A program made the translations under genes and the position numbers. Shown here in pieces: positions 54,804 through 64,000 of a stretch of DNA of 64,000 bases. Each line of letters opens with the position of its first letter. The first letter of the stretch is position 1. The DNA comes from Octopus vulgaris (lineage: Eukaryota): NCBI GenBank assembly GCA_951406725.2, contig OX597814.1:25730001-25794000 (forward strand). Direction: 5' to 3'. The notes below the pieces were generated by a model that worked only from the letters and a program-made list of their open reading frames with translations, was not told the origin of the DNA and did not search any database.

Positions 54804-56798
54804 AAACATGTTAATAAAATCTAAACATCGTGCTTAGTTTTATTTGGAAGCAACACTCGCCAAGACCAAGCAATACAGTTCCCATCTAAAAAGTTCCACA
54901 CTGGTGATCCGACTTTCAGCTACCCACACAAACTGGTATAAGTCCACACTGGTGACCCCTGATATCAACAGCCAACCAACCAATTCAACAGCTCATACCA
55001 GACAACTAATGATCACAAACTACACAAACCAATGGGGACCCCGACAGGCCATTCACACCATTATATCCGAGAGGAAAACAAACCATTTCTACACTGGTGA
55101 ATCCCGGCGGCGAAGATGAAACAGCAAGGTCATCTCTACACAGATGACCCCGACAAACACAAATATTGCAGACTTACAGTTTATCATGGTTCGTTCTAAG
55201 CAGACCACTCATAAGTCCACCAGAGAAAAAGCTAACTCCGACGCCAATACCAATACAATTGGTTCTTTCAACAATGTTCAACCACCAACTATGAAATGGC
55301 AACCAGACCCTAGAAATGGCAGCTAACATTGACACCCGACAGCCGGGCTTCGCGGCCCGGCTTGCAACCGGCGATAGCTCTGATCCCAACACGCTCTGAT
55401 AGCTCTGATCCCAACGAAATGCAACCGAACAACTTTTCGCACATATGAATACACAGAAGAGACTATAGAAGACCGCAATGAGCAGCAATTTGACTGCACA
55501 CATGCAATCCGTATTTTGTGTCTAGAACTTCGGAACCAGCACTTTTCGCCTAGTTCCACTCGGACACCCACTTCATTGACTCTCAACAAATCTTTCTTTG
55601 CATGTTCCTATTTTCTTTCTTCTCAGCATCGTCAATCCAGATTGTTACATTTCAATTCGTTCTCATGATAGCATGCTTATAACGTTGAAACACAGTTGCG
55701 TTCAAAGTTCACGCCCGCATTCATTCCCTGCAAACTCACTTGCAAACGACTCTTTCACGTGCATACATCTTTTCATGATGTTTCACTCTTTGTGACCAAT
55801 TAAACATCGCCCACCATGCATTCACACGACACATGGTTCTTTTGCAACGGTTTTCGCTTGATGCTATCGCATGAACGTTTGCAGTTTTCTCGGGTTATTT
55901 AAGTTTTGCTGCACTTCATTTTTTGGTGTAAACAGCGCACATACATTCAATTACACGCATGCTTCCTACGCCCTCGCTTCCAGAAACCTTTCTTTTCTCC
56001 TCTATTCAACCTCGATCCGACCACGTTGCACATAAAGTAAGTTTAGCAGGCACGGCGCATCCGGCATCTTTCTTAATTTCTCATAATATTCCCATTTCTA
56101 AAGAAGACACAACATGTTTTTTTTTCTCTCTTTTTGGATCTGCTTAGCATTTCAGCGCCATTTTGCATTCATGAACTCTCTGACAATTCGTTTAATTTGC
56201 CTTCATTTTCAGTTCCATCTTTTTGCTTTTATGTTTTCTATCTTAATTATTTGCCTTGTAGCTGTATTGCCAGTTAGCATTTTAAAATTTAGGCTTTATT
56301 CACATTCACACGTACTTTTTCTCTATCCTGAGTATGTTATCGTTCTTACACATTTACCTACATGCTTTAGTCATGTTGACAGCACTTTCGCCCTGCAATT
56401 TCATTATCGATTATGGATGCATGTCTTAAAACCTACGAGCATTGTTCAATTTTCTGCAGATACTTTTCTATGTGGTCCCTCAATCTAGGCCTGCGTTCAA
56501 TTGCTATGCATTCATTCCACAGTGTTATTTCTTTGCCTTTTCTTATCCACCAATATGTACATATCGCACATTGCTTTTTTTCCTTCCTTCTATTGGTTTT
56601 CGTTACCCATTTGGGCGGGAATAATTCAATTTAAGGGCATTCGAATTTTTCTGCTCCTTTGGCTTCAAATATACATACATGAATTTTTTATTGTTTCGTT
56701 CGCTTGTCTTCCGACAATCTCACTGGCAGAATAATTCTTGTATTAATGCTTAGCATTCGAAATCTTGTCAGTCCATTAAGGGACGAAGGACATGATAT

Positions 56799-57502
56799 TA
56801 TCAGGTGACCTTAACCCATATTTCAGCCAACAGTTGTCTTGGTGCATTTTTACGGTTGCAAGATTAATAAAAAAAAATTATATGCAGTTTCGCGTCCGGT
56901 CATGGTTATATAATGAGATATGTGGAATACACAACCACAGAGGTTTCTTTGGTTAACTGACAACCATGCCGCTCTGATTTCGTATTAAAAGATCTCTTTT
57001 TGCCAAGCATTCATTCTCCCCTATTGCCAAGCTCACATTCTCTAGCTTCTGGTATTCAGCATGACAGCTGATGTCAATTAACAATTGTGGAATGGAAATG
57101 GAAGCACTTCGTCGGTTACGACGATGAGGGTTCCGGTTGATCCGAATCAACGGAACAGCCTGCTCGTGAAATTAACGTGTAAGTGGCTGAGCACTCCACA
57201 GACACGTGTACCCTTAACGTAGTTCTCGGGAATATTCAGCGTGACACAGAGAGTGACAAGGCCGGCCCTTTGAAATACAGGTGCAACAGAAACAGGAAGT
57301 AAGAGTGAGAGAAAGTTGTGGTGAAAGAGTACAGCAGGGATCACCACCATCCCCTGCCAGAGCCTCGTGGAGCTTTTTAGGTGTTTTCGCTCAATAAACA
57401 CTCACAACGCCCAGTCTGGGAATCGAAACCGCGATACTATGACCGCGAGTCCACTGCCCCAACCACTGGGCCACTAAGAATTGTAACATCATTCAGTAAA
57501 TA
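56799..57502. repeat. diverged direct repeat, copy 2, interrupted by a SINE
   Basis: Alignment with copy 1 resumes after the SINE (aattgtaacatca). Confidence 0.8.
57089..57474 (-). mobile_element. tRNA-headed SINE family C, young, with TSD
   Basis: Minus-strand head tggcccagtggttggggcagtggactcgcggtc...ggtttcgattccc; (TTCCA)n tail; TSD taacaattgt/taagaattgt (57079-88 and 57475-84). Confidence 0.85.
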
Positions 57503-57995
57503 AGACGTTCCCGGACTAGTTCTGTGGCGTGCCAAAAGATGGCAGCACGCGGTCACGTGCGCAGCGAGCGCTAACAGTGACTTTCGTGAGGCAATATGTC
57601 GAATGACATCGCTGTGTTTACTTCGCAAGTTGCGAAATTGTGTATTTTTGTAATCACATGTATGTTGTAGTCTGCTATTTTGTCAGGGACAGGAAGTTGG
57701 AACAAAGAGCTAAGGTAAAATTTTGCGTTAAACATGGGAAGTCTGCTACAGAGACACTGAGCATGATTCGACAAGCTTGCGGCGACGAGGCAATGGGTCG
57801 TACGCAATGTTTGCTTCAAGGGCGGAAGAAAGTCCCTGGAAGAGGATGAGCGACCTGAAAGACCTGCCACGAGCATCACCCCCGGAAATGTGGAAAAACT
57901 ACATCAGCTTGTGTATGAGGATCGTCGAAGGATAATCAACGACATTATTGGTGTTACTGGTTTGTCGTATGGGTCCCTGCAAGCATTCCTGACGT
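57503..57995 (+). mobile_element. mariner transposase N-terminal remnant
   Basis: LEQRAKVKFCVKHGKSATETLSMIRQACGDEAMGRTQC / EDERPERPATSITPGNVEKLHQLVYEDRR..I.DI..VTGLSYGSLQAFLT. Confidence 0.85.
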
Positions 57996-58007
57996 GTAGA
58001 TTGAACA

Positions 58008-58168
58008 GGCTTCTTTCAGTATCTGTCTACCGAATCTACTCACAAGGCTTTGGTCGGCCCGCGGCTATAGTAGAAGATACTTGCCCAAGGTGCCACGCAG
58101 TGAGAATGAACCCGGAACCAAGTGGGTGGTAAACAAGCTACTTACCACACATCCACTTCTGCGCCTAT
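58008..58168 (-). mobile_element. tRNA-headed SINE family A head
   Basis: Reverse complement of the 16012 family head, with CpGs retained. Confidence 0.8.
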
Positions 58169-58169
58169 T

Positions 58170-58198
<29 letters not shown>

Positions 58199-58200
<2 letters not shown>

Positions 58201-58277
58201 GTAAAGTATAGAAGCCATCTTATCATGGCTAACCCCAATGTGGTTAGCCATGATAAGATGGCTTCTATACTTTACAT
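58199..58277. repeat. perfect 36-bp-arm hairpin inserted in (TA)n
   Basis: atgtaaagtatagaagccatcttatcatggctaacc-ccaatgt-ggttagccatgataagatggcttctatactttacat. Confidence 0.9.
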
Positions 58278-58476
58278 TATCGAGCGATTACTGTTTCAAT
58301 CTCATTCTGAGATTTAATTATGCTATATATATATGTATGTATATTATATAAAAGGGCTTAGTAAAATAAATTACTTTGCCGCATACTGAACTCATTAGAA
58401 ATAGCAGCTAAAAAGTATATATATTTTTATACATATGCATATATATTTTTTATACATATGTATGTATATATATTTT

Positions 58477-58508
<32 letters not shown>

Positions 58509-59246
58509 TGTATGTATGTATGTATGTATGTATGTATGTATGTATGTATGTATGTTTGTATGTATGTATGTATGTATGTTTGTATGTATGTGTGTTTGTA
58601 TGTATGTATGTATGTATGTATGTATGTATGTATGTATGTATGTATGTATGTATGTGCACGAAAGTATGATTCTGAAAGTGTATATGCTTTAATAGTTGAC
58701 ATTGAATTCTAACCTCTGTTGTATTTCTAAACTAATTTTCGTTTATTTTATTATTTTATTTCCATTCTTATTTTGCATTGTACCCTTTCCATTTTTTTCT
58801 TTCATCTGTTCCTTCTCTTCCTCCTCCTTCCCCAGTCTGTTTTTACTGTTTACACATTTTATTTTTCTCTTCCTCAGGTGGAGCTGCTACGTTTATGTTC
58901 TTATTTTATTATCCGTACATTGTATTCAATTCTCCAAGCATTGAAGGGAAACGACTTATTTCCAGCCCAGCTTGCACATACCACCATACAACCTTCTTAT
59001 GTTAAATATTCCAGCATTGTCAGAAAACGTTATTTGCTTGATGATCGATTAATTAATTAATCAATTAGGCATGAAACTCTATAAAAGCTATATGTATTGA
59101 TTATTTTTGTTCGTGTAAACAACACACACATATTATGTATACATACATGCATATATTATATACACACACAAACATGTACATATACTTACAGACGTACACA
59201 CACACACACACATATATATATACACATAGACACACACATATACATA

Positions 59247-59316
<70 letters not shown>

Positions 59317-59364
59317 GATAGATACATACGAACACAACACACACAAACACATATATATACATAT

Positions 59365-60240
59365 TGGAGGGCTGTCTCGAAAGTAATTCAAAACTGGATA
59401 GAACTTTTTTAACTGGCATAGGTCGTTCAACCTGCACTTGTTAGTAAAGTAACTTTTCCTCTACTTTAAGTCTACTGTCTATTCTTCGATGCAGGCAAAT
59501 AATGTGTTCCAAGCGGACCAATGTACCGTTATTGAATTCTTAATGATATTCTTAGAAAGCTACAATTTATTTTCAAAGATGGCACCATTGATAAGTGCTG
59601 TGTGCACAGATGGATACAGAAGTTTTAAAGACTGGAAAACTATCATTGAAGGCAAGGCATGCAGCGAGAAACGAATCTTCAGTGAGTAGACAGATTGATT
59701 CGCGCAGACAGACAAGTTTTTATTCCTATACTTACCGTACAACTGAACTGCGGCCATAACAGATTACAGAAAATGGAAGATTTTGATATCAGAAAGTGTG
59801 TGCAAAGCTGGTATTTCGGTGGCTGACACCCGATTTGAACGAGAAAATAGTGGAAGCCTGTTCTGATCCCTTGTAAGTGTTGAAGTCAATGAATGCGCTT
59901 TTTTTCGATCAAGTAACAAGGAATGAAACATAGCTGTGCCTTTATGATTTTGAAACGAAGGCTCAGTACATGAAATTGGTCAGACCTCTTCACCACGGTT
60001 TAAGATGTTCAAGAGTCAGCAAAAAAAGTCTTGGTGGCTATTTTGAAGGATGACAAAGGCTATCATTTTCTTTGATATTTTATTGTGAAAAGTAAACGAT
60101 ACACTGAGACACTCAAAAAAGAGAAACCGTTAGAAGGAAAAGATCGAACAAGAATATAAAAGCGATCCACATTAACTAACAGGTGCGTGGCCACGCTTAT
60201 CTTGGGCAACAAATCAGACAATTAGCAAATTAGAGAAACA
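59365..60240 (+). mobile_element. highly decayed mariner transposon
   Basis: DQCTVIEFL (QR.VI.FL), VCAKLVFRWLT (VCARWVPRLLT), VTRNET*LCLYDFETKAQ (VTGDETWIYHYDPETKRQ). Confidence 0.7.
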
Positions 60241-60649
60241 AAAGAGAAAAAAGACAGCGAGAAAGATCGACAGTGTTAAATGGTGGGAAGTTGTGAGAAT
60301 TTCTACCTTCCACATTATCCACCTTCTCTTCTCTACAACGATGGAAACCAAGACCACATTATCCAACATGATTTTTGTAAGATGAATTGATGACGATATG
60401 GATGCTATTTCTTAGAAGGTCGAGAGTGACTTTGGTCATATGCCTTCATTAAACAACACAATAACTAAAATTATTAGTAACTTACACATAGTTGATCTTC
60501 AGACTAGTACACACGTTACACATGTACTCATAAAAAACCGGCTGCTCACTGTTGAAACGCCACAGTAATAAACCACCGGATCCGCCTAAATAAATTGCGC
60601 GCGCGCGTGCTTTTTCAGACAAGTCCAAATTGACAAAGAGACATACATA

Positions 60650-60843
60650 GAGAGGACAAACAAGGACAGACAAACGGATTAAGTCGATTACATCGACCCC
60701 AGTGCGTAACTGGTACTTATTTAATCGACCCCGAAAGGATGAAAGGCAAAGTCGACCTCGGCGGAATTTGAACTCAGAACGTAGCGGCAGACGAAATACG
60801 ACTACGCATTTCGCCCGGCGTGCCAACGTTTCTGCCAGCTCGC
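60650..60843 (-). mobile_element. tRNA-headed SINE family B
   Basis: Reverse complement of 17559-17760. Confidence 0.85.
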
Positions 60844-61716
60844 ATTCTGAAAGCGGAAGCAACGCAGAAAATGTACATTTGACTACTCCTGTTATTTTGA
60901 GCGCTACTTTTTCCATACGTTCCTTCCTCACCAAATTTTGCACCAGTTGCATAACCTCCCTAGACTATTTTCTGTAATTCTCCCCTCACGGAAGTTTAAA
61001 AAATTGTTTATTGCAATCACTGTTGTATTGTAATTAATTTTTCTCTAATATTTTTGTCACCTCTCTCTCGCTTCTCTCGTCTCTGTGAACTCGCATCTTT
61101 TCTCACACTTTTCATTTTATTCTTTTCCTTTTCTCCTTCCGTTTACAGGTTCTGTACCATTTCATGTACTTATCTATTCTTTTTCCACAGAGCAAAAACA
61201 TATTTTTTGTAAAACTGCTGTATCGCAATTATTTTTTTCTCTAATTTTTCTTTTATTCTTTTGTAACCTCTTTTTCCTCTTGAACATCTACCCTTTCTCT
61301 CTATTTCATTTCCTTGTCCTTTCCTTCCTTCCATGCAGCAACGTCTCACATCCATACCCTTGCATACACTTCGATCACACCCTCCGTATTCTTCATGCCA
61401 TACGTTTTGCCTCACACTTGCGCCCTCTCCCACCTCCTTTTTTCCACGCTTTCTCTTTCACACACTTAGGTCATTACAATTCTGCACTTGCACACCCCTA
61501 CACACATACATCGCCCCCCCCCCCTCCCGCCGACCCCAAAAAATCCAACTTAGGCCCGTCTCTAAAAAGTTACATGGCTATACCTGCACACACACATTAC
61601 CCTCCTTCCATCTTAACTCTCCCATTGAACCACATCTCAATCTGACTTCTAACCGCTTACTCATTTTCTTCTTTCCTTCTCACCCACTTTTCCTCTTAAT
61701 GCTGCGATGCTTATGC

Positions 61717-61758
61717 TTTCCTTCTGATGAAGGAATAACGTCCGAAAGGTTAAGAAAA
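61717..61758 (+). ncRNA. degenerate minimal hammerhead ribozyme at the end of a pyrimidine-rich tract
   Basis: tttcctt CTGATGA a-gga-ataacg-tcc GAAA ggTT aagaaaa; stem III appears mutated (aaggtt for palindromic aacgtt). Confidence 0.5.
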
Positions 61759-62446
61759 TTTCCCTTCCTTCTTTTAAGCCTTAAATTAATGCAATATATA
61801 TATATTAAAACTTGTTCCTTCGGTATTATCTCTTTTCTCTTTCTTTTTGCTCAATACATTTCCATTTTGTTCGTTATTTTTCATTACATATACATAGACA
61901 CACACACACATACATATGTTGTGTGGATATGTGTGTTTCTATTGATTCACCAAGCGGTGAATTTCAGAACTAAATGCATAAAGTTAGAGTATATCATACA
62001 TAGACACACACACACACACAGTTATTGCAAACGCACGCATTGAGATGGATACATGTCCTCTTTTCACGAGTGTTTCATTGCTTTCCAATCAATTATTAGT
62101 AAAAAGTAAGGATGATTGACACGATGATTGACACGATACACAAAATTTAACCTAATGTAATATTGTTAATTTTCGCTACATCAAAATTTATTTTTTTTTT
62201 AGTACTGCTTTGCGTGTGTATTTTTCGTTTTTCATGTATGCATGTGTGTACAGTATTTATGTGTATATCAACATGCACGTAATTATCTAGGTATGCATAT
62301 GCATGTCAGAATGTGTGTATTTATGCTTCATTTATCAACAACGATTAAAATTTAGGAAACATTAAAACAAGCCTCGTTGGAACAGGGATTCCTCGGAAAC
62401 AATGACGAATTTGTTTTAAACAGATAATGTGTGTTTATATGCATCA

Positions 62447-62645
<199 letters not shown>

Positions 62646-63176
62646 GTGAGAGAAAGAGAGAGAGAGAGGGAGATTGTTTTCTATTTACTCTGTTCAGATA
62701 GCATGATGTTTTGTGCTTGACCTGAGGAAATTTTGAGCGTGAATCAGGAATCATTTCCATGTTTGTACAAGTGCTATAAGCAATTCGACAAAATAAATTT
62801 TAAAGTTAGCTACTGTTGCGTACCTATTAAAATACATATAAAAACAAAAAAAACAAAATTATAGCAGAAAATAATTGGCACTCTAAAAGAACCTGAAATT
62901 GAAATATTCTAAACAACGACTCTCTCATCAGTTGAATGTTTGAAGATACCATGCTGAAATAACAGCAAATAGTGGCAAGCAGTCTATGTAATGCTAGTTT
63001 GTTAGAAAAGATTCAGGAATGCCTGTCTAATTACTTCTGTGAAATGTAACAATTTTATTTAAGCATATCTTCATATCAACAACATAAGCAATAAACAGTC
63101 AGATGAAGGACTAAACGTTTGAAGCATGGATTGTCGAGAAAATATCCTGTGTTAACAAAATACACGAATACACGAA

Positions 63177-63539
63177 TCTCTCTATATATAAAAGGCAGTT
63201 TGTCTGTGTGTGTTTCTGTGTGTCTGTTAGGTTGTACCCTCACCCTGACCAAGGCTTTCAACCGATTCTGATGAAACTTGACACACACATAGCCCAATGT
63301 CATAATTCAAAACTAACGCAGCGAAAATTTTGAAAAGTTCCCCCAGTTCTGAAAAAAATCGATAAATTCGACATGGGGTCGAGAATCAGAAACACAAACC
63401 ACAGACTGTCTAGGAGACGCAACTCGACCTTTTTAACTAAAAAAAAAAAATTTACCATCATTTTTTGGCTATAACTCTCTAAAAATGCTTTATAGTTACT
63501 TCCCTTACAAACCCGAGCAACGCCGGGCGATACTGCTAG
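63177..63539 (+). mobile_element. non-autonomous Helitron, second 5' type
   Basis: A|TC start, hairpin cccgagcaacgccggg and CTAG|T end identical to the 40174 copy; the 5' ~250 bp differ. Confidence 0.85.
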
Positions 63540-63731
63540 TTGGTTTCTAAATGCAAACACAGTAAGAAGTAGAGTCTAAATAACGGCATTACAGTATAAG
63601 GGCAAGTAAATTCGAGAAATTAAATCACTTTTCATACAAAACTATTGTTTCAAGCATAAGAATCTAACGAATGTCTAACAGTTTACCTTTCTCGCGTACA
63701 CAAAACAATTGTTGACTAATACCAAATATTA

Positions 63732-64000
63732 TCTTTATATATAAAAGTGAAGTTGTGTGAGTGTCTGTCTCCTACGATTTAGATTCCTAACTACTCCAAC
63801 ATTTTGCGGTGCAGTTTAACCAAAACCGGGTATCTTATAGTCGTGATTCATATCGAGCCCTTCTGGGTATTAGCGCGCGTCTACTATGAGTCTACGATTT
63901 TAAAAAAATTTACCATAATTTTTTTCCATTTTAATGCATTTTTTCGCTATTATATAAGGGAAGTAACTCTCTAAAAATGTCTACGATGAGTCAACGATTT
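63732..64000 (+). mobile_element. non-autonomous Helitron, same family as 40174; cut by window end
   Basis: Near-identical to 40174-40440. Confidence 0.85.

Noticed and set aside
54891-55345. CRISPR interpretation of the repeat-spacer pattern
   Set aside because: Eukaryotic context, short degenerate repeats, irregular spacing and no cas genes; kept only as a PBS-like array.
60482-60977. 156-aa and 91-aa ORFs resembling the ORF at 17379-17972
   Set aside because: The similarity comes only from the shared SINE B sequence.
61085-62043. 186- and 236-aa ORFs
   Set aside because: Pyrimidine-rich low-complexity DNA with no recognisable domain.
63268-63278. ctgatgaaac inside the Helitron
   Set aside because: No stem II between CUGAUGA and GAAA; part of a common ccgattctgatgaaactt repeat motif.

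Overview
AT-rich, microsatellite-dense animal genomic DNA. The SINE and RTE repeat families resemble those I recall from octopus, which is an inference. No host exon, tRNA, rRNA or CRISPR array could be supported, and nearly all listed ORFs are microsatellite artefacts. The window is a graveyard of mobile elements: mariner/Tc1 remnants, RTE and CR1-like LINE remnants, several tRNA-headed SINE families, a piggyBac-type MITE, non-autonomous Helitrons and a 1.3-kb TIR element with a 6-bp TSD. The only long intact reading frame belongs to a young 5'-truncated Penelope-like retroelement (RT + GIY-YIG, 48611-49981) carrying a ~1.17-kb inverted repeat. The most striking signal is a set of sequence-unrelated type I hammerhead ribozyme (HHR) motifs at 27.1, 45.5, 47.5/50.7 and 51.1 kb, each in an inverted-duplication insertion embedded in (TA)n. 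These include a U3-A8 core variant and a non-coding 454-bp retrozyme-like unit; more decayed motifs lie at 27.25 and 61.7 kb. Also notable are an array of tRNA-Trp primer-binding-site-like motifs between old ~300-bp direct repeats and an RT-deleted Penelope-like element. Coordinates were counted by hand, and boundaries of decayed repeats are approximate.
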